The notes: generated from the letters alone by a model not told the origin. Positions 36,687 to 45,841 are shown, counted from the first letter of the stretch. The stretch: 53,738 nt of DNA from Chitinophaga pinensis (GCA_945861685.1 CAMAVO010000001.1:1-53738), one strand, 5' to 3'. A program made the numbers and translations.

Positions 36687-38891
36687 TTAATTCACAATAC
36701 CAATAATCCGCCACAAATTCATGATATTCATGAAAAAAGGGCTGAATTTGTTTTTGCGGAATTGTTCTTCTTCGCGTTTCCAGAAATGGAGGTTGTGAAC
36801 GGGATACAGATATCCGAAATGATAGCAACTGTGTTCGTAATGCTTGGTGCTGAGCAATGCTAAATTGTAACGGTAATTGGGTTCGCGCATATCCACAATT
36901 TTTTGTGCGGCTTTGCGCGTGATAACGGCATTTTCAAGCAGCAGGCTTGCATCTGATTTTTCTTTTTTGATGTTGTATTCACGTTTGGTGATGAGGTATT
37001 CCAGCGTGTGTTTGCGGTGTTCTGCACGCAGACCGGTAATGTCAATTCCCTGTTTCAGTTCATCCAGAATTTGCTGTTGTTGTATTGTGAGTGTTGTGTT
37101 TTTAAGATTGCTCTCCAGAATTTGCGAGTAGCCTTTGGTGGTGGACGAAAAATTATCAAGTAGTGGGAGTTTTTCGGTGCGAATTTTTTGCAAGGTTTCC
37201 AAATCTGATTTTTTTGCAAGCCATTTGTAATGCCACTCGGGACGTGGGTGAAACTCAATATTTAGGGCTCCCGGCAATTCATCGGTGGCGGTTGATGCAG
37301 TCATGTAACGCATCATTTCTTTCTCTTTCAGAAAATTATTTTGGAGATTTAGATTCTCTTCAAAGTAATTCGCGATGTCATGGTTATTAAAAATCTCGGT
37401 GATGTATTGTGTTGCTGTCGGTTGCTCCGCAATTTTATTTGTTTCATATTTCCAACTCCAGCGCGCAATGCTCCAGTCGAACAGCCAGTAGCCCCATTCC
37501 CAGCCCGAAGAAAAGGTAACGTGTCCCGGAATTTGTAATGAATCCATCAACAGAATATCGTCTAATCTTCCGCTGAGGTAAGGGAGCAGCAGCATGGGGA
37601 TAGAATTATCAAACGTAATCCAATAGGCTGATTCAGGATAATACCAGGTTTCACGTGTTTCTTTTTCTTTCAGCAATAAGTCAAGCATGTGGCGCAGGTT
37701 TTTGTTGCGGTATACGGGTGCTTTTTCTTCTGAAATGGTGTAGAACATAACCGTGTGTATCAATATACCGCGGTTTTTATCCAATGCAGTTTCTTCTGCA
37801 TTCATGATGTAATCTTTCTTCTTTTTCTTGCCGCCTATTTCTGCTGTTTCTTGCACCACGTGCTTGCGGCCCATCAGTTTGGAGTTGTATTTTTCTTTCA
37901 ATTCTTTACCAAGATGCAGTTGCAGCTTTTTCTTTTTCTTAACGTTGCCGCTGCTGAATTCGGTGGCCGAAAATTCTACATTCAATACATCCCAGTCAGC
38001 TGCAAATAGTTTAGCAAGACGAATATCCATCTGCTTTTCTTTGCTGCGCCATGATGCCGGAAAATTACGGTACAACTGAAAAGCCTTTTGCTGCAGCATG
38101 TGCAGCGATACATCAACGCCTGCAATTATTCCACGCTGATGACAATAGTCTGTTATTTGCTTGGAGAAGGCGGGCCACTCGTTCAGGTCAATACTTTCGA
38201 GCAGATTGAACTCAAAGTAATTCTGTCCGTTGCGGGCCAGCCAGTTGATGTATTCTTTCACCTGTTCTATTCCTCCGGGATAGTTGTGATCCAGCAAAGG
38301 CTCTGTCAACTCCAGCGGATGTTGCGTGTGGAGATGAAATCCTTTTTTGTCAAAGCGCGGTGTGGCTTTCCACTCAAAGGTTTCGGGCAATGGCCAATTG
38401 GTCCATTGCGGAATAATCTGTTCGCGGGAATGGTAAAATTTGAAGCCCAATTTTTCCTGCAACAAACCATACAGGGCACAACTTATTCCAAAGTAAGTAG
38501 GTGTTTCAAGTGTGAGAATTATTTTTCCGTTTTGCTTTTTTGATGTCCAGTTGTAATGGTGAAGTGGAACGTGGAGGTAGGGATAATTTGCAGTTTCTTC
38601 AAACGTGCTTTTATCGGCAGCTTTTGCAGTATCAATTTGCGGAAGTAGGATTTGAATTTCGCTTGCAGTGTTATTCAGTTCCACTTTGCAATTGCAGGCT
38701 TGCTGCAACAATTGCTGCACATCTTCAATTGCTAATTTGCTGACAGAGTTTTCTAAATTCTGTGGCGGGGTAATGATGGAAATGTTTTGCTGCGCGGATG
38801 CAGAAAGAGAAAATAAAAAAAACAAAAAAGGCTTCGACAGGCTCAGCCTGACATAGGTTAGGGTCACAGTGAGCTTGTCGAAGTGTTTCAT
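36687..38891 (-). CDS. Large secreted hypothetical protein (possible TIM-barrel glycosidase-like core)
   Basis: 734-aa ORF with hydrophobic leader PFLFFLFSLSASAQQ. Function not recognisable. The start is uncertain because the first ~20 codons are a repeat element. Confidence 0.5.
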   Translation of the reverse strand: MKHFDKLTVTLTYVRLSLSKPFLFFLFSLSASAQQNISIITPPQNLENSVSKLAIEDVQQLLQQACNCKVELNNTASEIQILLPQIDTAKAADKSTFEETANYPYLHVPLHHYNWTSKKQNGKIILTLETPTYFGISCALYGLLQEKLGFKFYHSREQIIPQWTNWPLPETFEWKATPRFDKKGFHLHTQHPLELTEPLLDHNYPGGIEQVKEYINWLARNGQNYFEFNLLESIDLNEWPAFSKQITDYCHQRGIIAGVDVSLHMLQQKAFQLYRNFPASWRSKEKQMDIRLAKLFAADWDVLNVEFSATEFSSGNVKKKKKLQLHLGKELKEKYNSKLMGRKHVVQETAEIGGKKKKKDYIMNAEETALDKNRGILIHTVMFYTISEEKAPVYRNKNLRHMLDLLLKEKETRETWYYPESAYWITFDNSIPMLLLPYLSGRLDDILLMDSLQIPGHVTFSSGWEWGYWLFDWSIARWSWKYETNKIAEQPTATQYITEIFNNHDIANYFEENLNLQNNFLKEKEMMRYMTASTATDELPGALNIEFHPRPEWHYKWLAKKSDLETLQKIRTEKLPLLDNFSSTTKGYSQILESNLKNTTLTIQQQQILDELKQGIDITGLRAEHRKHTLEYLITKREYNIKKEKSDASLLLENAVITRKAAQKIVDMREPNYRYNLALLSTKHYEHSCYHFGYLYPVHNLHFWKREEEQFRKNKFSPFFMNIMNLWRIIGIVN
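38832..38883. repeat. Palindromic intergenic element (CTTCGACA...TGTCGAAG) overlapping the ORF start
   Basis: cttcgacaggctcagcctgacataggttagggtcacagtgagcttgtcgaag. Confidence 0.75.
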
Positions 38892-38906
38892 TAAACGAAA
38901 CCGAGA

Positions 38907-40256
38907 TTATTTCCCCGTATAATTATAAGGCGTAATTGCCAGCATTTCCTTTTTCACTTTATCAGAAACGTTGAGTGATTTGATAAAAGCTGCAATGCTT
39001 TCCTTGCTTATTTTTTCGTTTTTGCGGGTAAGGTCTTTCAGTGTTTCGTATGGATTTTTGTAGCCTTCTCTGCGCAGAATAGTTTGCAAAGCCTCGGCAA
39101 CAACAGCCCAGTTATTTTCTAAGTCGCGGTCAATAGCTTCTTTGTTCAGCACTAATTTGTCCAGCCCTTTTTGAATGGATTTGAAAGCAATGAGTGTATG
39201 TGCCAGTGGCATGCCAATGTTACGTAACACTGTGCTGTCTGTTAAGTCGCGTTGCAAACGGGAGATGGGAAGCTTAGCCGAAAAATGCTCAAACATCGCA
39301 TTTGCAAAACCAAGATTTCCTTCTGCGTTTTCAAAGTCAATAGGATTTACTTTGTGCGGCATGGCTGATGAACCCACTTCACCGGCTTTGATGGTTTGCT
39401 TGAAATAATCCATGGAGATATAGGCCCACATATCGCGGCAGAAATCAATCAGGATAGTGTTAATGCGTTTTTGTGCATCGCACCAGGCAGCAAGATTATC
39501 GTAATGTTCAATTTGCGTTGTGGTTTGCTGACGTTGTAAGGTGAGGTAATGATGCAGAAAATCATCAGCAAATTTTTTCCAATCAACATCAGGATAGGCA
39601 ACATAATGTGCGTTGAAATTTCCGGTGGCACCACCAAATTTTGCAGTGTAAGGAATGGCTTCAAAGTGTTTGAGCTGTACTTCAAGCCTCTCAGAAAAAA
39701 CTTTTATTTCTTTTCCGAGGCGGGTAGGGGAGGCGGGCTGTCCATGGGTATGAGCAAGCATTGGAATGTTTTTCCAATCTTTTGAAAGCAAGTTCAGTTT
39801 TGCAATTATTTTTTTCAGATCAGGAATAAAAACTGCAACAGCAGCCATTTTCATCATCAGCGGAAACGCAGTGTTATTAATATCCTGCGAGGTAAGCCCG
39901 AAGTGCACAAATTCCTTCTCGTTTTTAAGTCCCAGCTTTTCCAGTTTCTCTTTCACAAAATACTCAACCGCTTTTACATCGTGGTTGGTGGTTTTTTCAA
40001 TTTCCTTGATGCGTGTTGCGTCTTTTTCTGTAAAATCCATACTTAGTCCGTCCAGCTCAAAGCGCATTTTCTTGGTCACCTTTTTCAGGGCGGGCAAGGG
40101 AATTTCGCTCAGGGCGCAGAAATAATAGAGCTCAACCGTTACGCGGTATTTAAGAAGCGCGTATTCAGAAAAGTAGTGAGCCAGTTCGGCAGTCTGTTTG
40201 TGGTAACGCCCGTCAACAGGTGAAATGGCGGTAAGCGGAGAAAGGTTTTTTATCAT
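38907..40256 (-). CDS. purB: Adenylosuccinate lyase
   Basis: GSSAMPHKVNP signature; 449 aa. Confidence 0.95.
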   Translation of the reverse strand: MIKNLSPLTAISPVDGRYHKQTAELAHYFSEYALLKYRVTVELYYFCALSEIPLPALKKVTKKMRFELDGLSMDFTEKDATRIKEIEKTTNHDVKAVEYFVKEKLEKLGLKNEKEFVHFGLTSQDINNTAFPLMMKMAAVAVFIPDLKKIIAKLNLLSKDWKNIPMLAHTHGQPASPTRLGKEIKVFSERLEVQLKHFEAIPYTAKFGGATGNFNAHYVAYPDVDWKKFADDFLHHYLTLQRQQTTTQIEHYDNLAAWCDAQKRINTILIDFCRDMWAYISMDYFKQTIKAGEVGSSAMPHKVNPIDFENAEGNLGFANAMFEHFSAKLPISRLQRDLTDSTVLRNIGMPLAHTLIAFKSIQKGLDKLVLNKEAIDRDLENNWAVVAEALQTILRREGYKNPYETLKDLTRKNEKISKESIAAFIKSLNVSDKVKKEMLAITPYNYTGK

Positions 40257-40301
40257 AGAGAAAAAGAAAACGCGAAGGTAGAAAAAATACCCCCTCTTGC
40301 T

Positions 40302-40324
40302 CTCCCCCTTAAAACAAGGGGGAG
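40302..40324. repeat. Short hairpin repeat CTCCCCCTT-AAAAC-AAGGGGGAG
   Basis: A related copy lies at about 19540-19565 (ccccatccttaaacaaggaggggg). Confidence 0.7.
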
Positions 40325-40328
40325 TTAG

Positions 40329-41012
40329 CTACCCCACCACCGCTATCTGCATAGCACTGTAAGGTCCGCTGTTTTCTGCATTTCCTGCAATTGCCCATCT
40401 AAAATAAAAATAAGCCCACTTTCCAATGGCATCTTCCGGCATTTTCATAATAAAATAAGTTTTGCCGGTGGTAAAGGCATTTACACATTGTTCAATTGGC
40501 ATAGTAAGCACACGGTGCCCATACCAGTAGCGCACCTCTACTACATCTGCAAGCGGGTGTTTACCGCGTCTGCCATCCTGATTAGCTCTGCGCACACGTA
40601 TTTTCAGTTGACCACCGCCAATTGATTGCACATGGGCATCGGGCGATTCTTCAATTTTTCCGCGTTTGCTGTAGGGGCGTTCTTTTTTGCGCAGGTTAAA
40701 GGTAAGACGGTCGCTTTCGGTGGCATAGCTTCCGCTCATTTGATTAAGGACAGGTTGTGCAAACCGGGTAAACTCTTTTTTTATTCTGTTTTTTTCGGCA
40801 GTTACTGCCATTGTTCGCTTACTCAGGTCAGTATATTTTGGATACATATCGTCCCATAGGTTCATGAATTCAATCCACTTGTTTTTGTCAGATTCAAGAA
40901 GGCGAAGTCGCTGCCAGGTTGGCGGTGTGCCGTTAAGCAATGCAGCAGTAGTGCGGTAGATGTAATTACTGAATTCGGTGTCTTTTTCAGGGATGCGGTT
41001 ACGTCTGAGCAT
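40329..41012 (-). CDS. Hypothetical protein (orphan family member 2): helical N-domain + beta-rich C-domain
   Basis: 227-aa ORF. The C-terminal motif YFYFRWAIAGNAENSGPYS suggests a beta-sandwich. No catalytic motif. Confidence 0.6.
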   Translation of the reverse strand: MLRRNRIPEKDTEFSNYIYRTTAALLNGTPPTWQRLRLLESDKNKWIEFMNLWDDMYPKYTDLSKRTMAVTAEKNRIKKEFTRFAQPVLNQMSGSYATESDRLTFNLRKKERPYSKRGKIEESPDAHVQSIGGGQLKIRVRRANQDGRRGKHPLADVVEVRYWYGHRVLTMPIEQCVNAFTTGKTYFIMKMPEDAIGKWAYFYFRWAIAGNAENSGPYSAMQIAVVG

Positions 41013-41044
41013 GGGATTTATATATAAAATGCAGTTGCGAAGGT

Positions 41045-41359
41045 ATAAAAAATATGTACGGAACTACACAATCGTTGCGTTACAGCGTAAAATATATGTA
41101 CGGAAGCGCTTCGCGGTTAGGTAGCAATACTTTAAATGGATGTTCCAATACTATAAATATGTACGCAATAGTATACTGGAGGCATCAGGGACTGTAAAAT
41201 ATGTACGGAATGGTATAACATGTCCGTCATACATTATAAAATATGTACGGAGAACTCTGATGTTAAGACTACAATGCTTGACAGTAAGCTGACAGGGATA
41301 AAAATATGTACGGAACGTTGTGAGGTTAGGGTTACACGCTGCAATACATGTACGGAGCT
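41045..41359. repeat. Phased array of 7 x AAAATATGTACGGA-type motifs
   Basis: The core ATGTACGGA (once ATGTACGCA) starts at 41054, 41096, 41159, 41201, 41243, 41306 and 41348. Confidence 0.9.
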
Positions 41360-42254
41360 ATGTGTTATTAAGCTGATAATGCTTCTTCAAGGTCTTCGTC
41401 CTTCTGTCCTCCCCATCATGGCTCCAGCCCGGAGGATAAAACAGATACTTCAGCTTAGAGCTAAACGAAGGTGAGCGTTTTAAATCATACCAAAGGTCGC
41501 GGAACGACCCGAATTGGCTCTCGCTGAAATTGCGCGGGTCTGTGCCTTTTAAAACGCCATATGTGGGCAAATCTTCTTCGGGTGTGTAGGTGCCAAACAG
41601 ATGATCCCAGAAAAGAAATATCTCTGAGTAATTGGTGTCTAAATATTTTATTTCCTTGCCGTGGTGCACACGGTGTACGGAAGGAGTAATCAGAATTTTG
41701 TCAAGCACCGGCAGGCGGTTTACAAAACGGATATTCACATGCTCAAATAATCCCCACAGTTTTGAAATTGTTTCGGTAATCAAAAACAACATTGGATGAA
41801 AACCCAGTAACGGCATCCACACAAAAAACACAGGCGAAAGAATAAAGTCAAACATAGAGCCACGGATACCCGAGGTCAATCGCATCTCCTCACTGGTATG
41901 ATGCACGCTGTGTATGCACCACAGCAGCCTCACCTCGTGCGACCAGCGGTGCAGCCAGTAAAAAGAAAAATCATACAACAGGAAACAGGCCACCCATACA
42001 TACCACTCAAAACCCAGCGTAAAAAAACGGTATTGCCAACACAGGCTGATAATAGCAAAGTTGTAAAGCACCTGTGCCAAGGCAATGCTGCCGAATGCAA
42101 ACAAACCCGAAACCATGCTCACTATCCCGTGCTTTACATCGGCCTTTTCTTTCATCCAGCGCAGCAGAATACCTTCCGCTATCATGCTCGTGATGGCTAT
42201 CACATACAATCCGGGGCCAACAAAATCATAAATGTGCTGGAGTTTTTCTTCCAT
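41358..42254 (-). CDS. Fatty acid hydroxylase / sterol desaturase-family membrane protein
   Basis: His boxes HRWSHE, HSVHH and HRVHH, plus several TM helices. Confidence 0.85.
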   Translation of the reverse strand: MEEKLQHIYDFVGPGLYVIAITSMIAEGILLRWMKEKADVKHGIVSMVSGLFAFGSIALAQVLYNFAIISLCWQYRFFTLGFEWYVWVACFLLYDFSFYWLHRWSHEVRLLWCIHSVHHTSEEMRLTSGIRGSMFDFILSPVFFVWMPLLGFHPMLFLITETISKLWGLFEHVNIRFVNRLPVLDKILITPSVHRVHHGKEIKYLDTNYSEIFLFWDHLFGTYTPEEDLPTYGVLKGTDPRNFSESQFGSFRDLWYDLKRSPSFSSKLKYLFYPPGWSHDGEDRRTKTLKKHYQLNNT

Positions 42255-42595
42255 GAAAGAATGAAATGAAAAACAAACTTAGGAAAAATTGCAGGCATAG
42301 GCTTAGGAAAGACATTCAACTATATTATAAGTTTCGGGTTGTCTGATTTCTTTCACCTACATGATTATTACTCCAGAAATGGGAACAGAAATCTTGGCTA
42401 TTATAATTCAAGAAACGGACATTTTAATTTGTGAAGCAAAACTGAATTTCGTTATCAAAACTGAAATAGTTGCATTATAAAAAAATGGCAAAAGGCTAAT
42501 TTTATTTAACTAGGTTTCAAACAATAATCTTTATCTCTTATTAGGTTTGATTCCTCGAGACTTGCCTTCTAAAAGAATGTCTATCTTGCCTTACG

Positions 42596-42978
42596 ATGAC
42601 CAAAGATAGTAAATACCTGCATAAGAGTCATAATGTTACAATATTGTTGTATTATATTGTAAGCAGGGCAAAGTATAGAAGAGTAGCTTTTACAGATGAA
42701 GTAAATAAGATATTATTAAATATATAGAATTGAGATATGAAATTAGATTTTTAGAAATAGGAACATCAATAAAGAGTCTGATAGGGAGAAAAGTATTTAT
42801 TCAGGTTCCAAGTGTGAAGAAACAGTTGTGGGGAGGAGAATTTTGGGGCAAGGAATATTTTGTGAGTAAAGTTGGTTAACATGGAACGGAAAAGAAAATT
42901 TCGGAATATGAAAAGAATCAAGGGGTTGAAAATGAATACAAGCAATTTAAAGAAAACTAGCAACTCAAATTATTATAA
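42596..42978 (+). pseudogene. Decayed IS200/IS605-family (Y1/HUH) tnpA
   Basis: MTKDSKYLHKSHNVTILLYYIVSRAKYRRVAFTDEV... then a frameshift. It continues IELRYEIRFLEIGT/SIKSL...VKKQLWGGEFWGKEYFVSKVG*HGTEKKISEYEKNQG. The segment that should hold the HxH motif is missing, and there are in-frame stops. Confidence 0.7.
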
Positions 42979-43020
42979 TGCCTCGTGGGCTTGCCCTGAG
43001 GATTCTTCTCAGGGGGATAA

Positions 43021-43055
43021 CTAAGAGAGGCGGTTCATTGAACCGCCTCTCTTAG
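43021..43055. terminator. Perfect 15-bp-stem hairpin
   Basis: ctaagagaggcggtt-cattg-aaccgcctctcttag. It overlaps the stop codon of ORF 43052..44932. A second hairpin lies at 42994-43014. Confidence 0.65.
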
Positions 43056-44932
43056 TTTAGTGAAATCTCTTCCCACTCCACACTGAATTGCGGCTTGTAA
43101 ACAAACTCGCGGTCGGTGTAAACAAATTTGATTGCTTTTACTCTCTCGCCTTTCAGGCTATCGTTATACTGTGTTAAATAAGGTGCTGCCCATATTCCGC
43201 TTTCGGTGTTTTGAACTACAAGTCGGTGCTTTTTAATGCTGTCGTTATGTAATTGATACATCATATAATATTCAGGCTCTTTGTAAAATGAATGTTTGAG
43301 TTTGCCCACGAATGTTCTGTCAATGGTAAACTTCATGCGCAGTGCAATTCCATTTGATAATTCGGGAAGTGGCGTCCACTCGTTCCAATTGATGGTGTTG
43401 ATGTGATTAAATTTTTCAACTGTTAATTTTTCTTTTTCAGTGCGTTTGAGAATGCGCACTTTTTCATCTTCATAAATCTGTGCGTAATTATTCAGGATGG
43501 AAAAATTCACCTGTCCGTCATCACTTAAAATGTAGCGGTGGTCAACACTGCTCATTTCTTGTCCCCACCAATTTTGTTTGGTCCAGATATAATAGAGTGG
43601 CGCTTTTTCGGATTGCAGAAAATCTGCATTTACTTTATCGAGCACAGCATTATTTACACAGCCTAACTGAAACAGCGGACGGTTTCTGTAGTTCAGATTA
43701 TTAGCCGCAACGTAGCTTGTTTCCCAAGGAAAAATGTCAACGGTATTGTTGGCAATAATTTTCCGGGCGCTGTCGGCTAACATAACGTTGGCAAGGTTTT
43801 GTTCTGATTGTTTGTTGAACTCTTCTCCCCCATCGCGGAAGATAGATACGGCTCTTTTGAAATTGGCAATGCCTCCGTATTTCATTTTTACTTCAAGGTG
43901 AAAATGTCCTGTTTGCAGAATGTTTTGGTAATAGAGATAGGGAATGGCAATAAGAATAGCAATGCGAAGTCCTCCTATTTTTTCATCGGCAAGAAACAGA
44001 ACGCCACCAAACAAAATCAGAAAATCAAAGAATGCTTTAGCGTGATAATTTTCTTCGCGGGCAATTGAGTAGCGGAATACTGCCCACAGTGCAAATGCAA
44101 AAATCACATACACTGTGTTTACATTTTCGTTGCTGAACAGGTACCAATATCCTGCAAGAAAAATCAACATCAGTGAGAGTAAAATTTTATCATTAGGAGC
44201 ATTTGTAGAAGTTGCACCGAGATTTCCGATGCTGATGAAAAACCAATTACGCAGGTGTAACAAGCTGCCGTCTAAATTGTGATTGATAACGAGCCACAAC
44301 AAAAAATAAATGCTGAAACCAATTCCAACGGTGAGGAAAAGATTGTTGATTTTTTTAGTTCGGATAAAATCAAGAACCAGATAAGATGCCGCCATCATTA
44401 CCGATGCGGCTGCAATATTCAGCTTTACAAAAAACGAAAGCGCGGTAACAATAATTGCAATTAAGAGAAACTGATTTTTGCGCGTGACAGCTTGCAGCAC
44501 TAATGCAAACGCAACGGAGCCAATCATTTTTTCGTCAATGCGCAGGTTGGCACTTAGTAATAAAGCAGCAATTACAGCAAGCCAAATTCCTTTTTGTTTT
44601 ATGTGTTTTGTTGCCTGAAAAACAAGCCACACAAAAAGCAATTGAAAACAAAATGTAAAACAAAAGGTGAGTAAATAATTATTTCCTATCAGCAGCGGAA
44701 AACGGATAAAGCCTAACGGACCGTAACTGAAAATTGCATCAGTGCCGTGCGAAATTCCCTGATTGAAAAAATAGTTGAAACAAAAAACGTATCCCTGATC
44801 TAAGCCGGTGCCGATAACAGGATCGAATTCCGGGAAGGTGAAAATTGCCAGAAATAAAATGAAGGTTACTGATAGAAGATTGCTTCTGTCGCTGAAAAAG
44901 CTCCATCGCAATGACGTTGCTTGATTACTCAT
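43052..44932 (-). CDS. Polytopic membrane protein, unknown function (possibly GT-C-like)
   Basis: About 10 TM helices in the first 330 aa, with an acidic first loop (PEFDPVIGTGLD), then a ~290-aa soluble domain. Confidence 0.55.
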   Translation of the reverse strand: MSNQATSLRWSFFSDRSNLLSVTFILFLAIFTFPEFDPVIGTGLDQGYVFCFNYFFNQGISHGTDAIFSYGPLGFIRFPLLIGNNYLLTFCFTFCFQLLFVWLVFQATKHIKQKGIWLAVIAALLLSANLRIDEKMIGSVAFALVLQAVTRKNQFLLIAIIVTALSFFVKLNIAAASVMMAASYLVLDFIRTKKINNLFLTVGIGFSIYFLLWLVINHNLDGSLLHLRNWFFISIGNLGATSTNAPNDKILLSLMLIFLAGYWYLFSNENVNTVYVIFAFALWAVFRYSIAREENYHAKAFFDFLILFGGVLFLADEKIGGLRIAILIAIPYLYYQNILQTGHFHLEVKMKYGGIANFKRAVSIFRDGGEEFNKQSEQNLANVMLADSARKIIANNTVDIFPWETSYVAANNLNYRNRPLFQLGCVNNAVLDKVNADFLQSEKAPLYYIWTKQNWWGQEMSSVDHRYILSDDGQVNFSILNNYAQIYEDEKVRILKRTEKEKLTVEKFNHINTINWNEWTPLPELSNGIALRMKFTIDRTFVGKLKHSFYKEPEYYMMYQLHNDSIKKHRLVVQNTESGIWAAPYLTQYNDSLKGERVKAIKFVYTDREFVYKPQFSVEWEEISLN

Positions 44933-45300
44933 TGCTTAAACCCCGCATCCCATTTCACCACCATGATAAACTCATTTTCAATGGGCAAATATCCATAATC
45001 GTAGCAGAGTTTGTAGGTGCTGCCTTTTAAAGTAGTGTGTGTATGGGTGTGGTATTTAAAATTAAATCCTTTGTCGGTTAGTTTTGCTTTGTTGATTTTT
45101 CCCTTGCCTTCGGGCAAAACGATGGTGCTTAATATTCTGCGGTTTTTGCGCAGGATGTTATTTACGTTGCGCATTTCGGCAGTGGTGTCGCTGTTGGCTT
45201 TGTTGTTGTAATTGCTGCGACACTGGTCGTCACAGAATTTTTTGTCGGCACGACCTTTCAAAGGTTCGCCACATTCAAGACATTGTTTTTCTTCTTGCAT
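44929..45300 (-). CDS. Zn-ribbon protein, unknown function
   Basis: CLECG...KKFCDDQC is a four-Cys ribbon. Its stop overlaps the start of the membrane protein (ATGA). Confidence 0.6.
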   Translation of the reverse strand: MQEEKQCLECGEPLKGRADKKFCDDQCRSNYNNKANSDTTAEMRNVNNILRKNRRILSTIVLPEGKGKINKAKLTDKGFNFKYHTHTHTTLKGSTYKLCYDYGYLPIENEFIMVVKWDAGFKQ

Positions 45301-45477
45301 TTGCAGGGCTTTATGCCTGTAAATGTATAATTATTTACCCGATTACAAACGTTTACACCCGTCTATTTTCAGAAGTAAACGGATACTATCCGCCTTGGGC
45401 TTGGTGGTGGACGTTCCTTTGTGCCGTCAACAATGACAAAACAAAATTCACGTTAAACAATTAATAACAAAAACATC

Positions 45478-45822
45478 ATGAACACATTAAAAAACAGCGT
45501 ACGATTAATCGGAAATCTGGGAGCAACTCCTGAAGTGAAAGAATTTGACAAAGGCAAAAAAGTTGCACGTATTGCACTTGCCACCAATGAAACATTCACC
45601 AACGCAAAAGGCGAAAAAGTAACCGAAACCTGCTGGCACAACCTGGTTGCCTGGGGTAAAACTGCAGAGCTTGCGCAGAAGTATTTAACAAAAGGCAGCG
45701 AGGTGGCTATTGAAGGCAAACTGACTTCACGCAACTACACATCAAAAGAGGGTGAGAAAAAATACATCACCGAGATTGTGGTGAATGAGTTGCTGTTTTT
45801 GAGTAAAGCTGCGGGGAAATAG
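45478..45822 (+). CDS. ssb: Single-stranded DNA-binding protein, short form without acidic tail
   Basis: NSVRLIGNLGATPEVKEF...ARIALATNE...WHNLVAWGK is an OB-fold SSB pattern; 114 aa. Confidence 0.85.
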   Translation: MNTLKNSVRLIGNLGATPEVKEFDKGKKVARIALATNETFTNAKGEKVTETCWHNLVAWGKTAELAQKYLTKGSEVAIEGKLTSRNYTSKEGEKKYITEIVVNELLFLSKAAGK

Positions 45823-45841
45823 TAATCGGTATTCAGCAAAT

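Noticed and set aside
37755-38079. Lys-rich runs in ORF 36687..38891 as slipped-strand homopolymer tracts
   Set aside because: The underlying DNA is mixed (cttctttttcttgcc, ctttttctttttctt), not a long homopolymer, so phase variation is not supported.
41045-41359. Possible CRISPR array
   Set aside because: The conserved unit is only ~14-17 nt. The 'spacers' are of two fixed phase classes rather than uniform length. There is no leader or cas gene, and the repeat is not a CRISPR-like palindrome.
41220-41474. ORF-track 84-aa ORF with repeated KICTE peptides
   Set aside because: The peptide repeat is just the DNA motif read in one frame (all spacings are multiples of 3). The ORF runs antisense into the hydroxylase gene's 3' end and has no start signals.
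45035-45052. HTHTHT-coding stretch in the Zn-ribbon ORF as a relative of the (AC)9 tract
   Set aside because: The DNA is an interrupted GT-rich run (gtgtgtgtatgggtgtgg) inside a conserved-looking ORF. This is a coincidental similarity, not a microsatellite.
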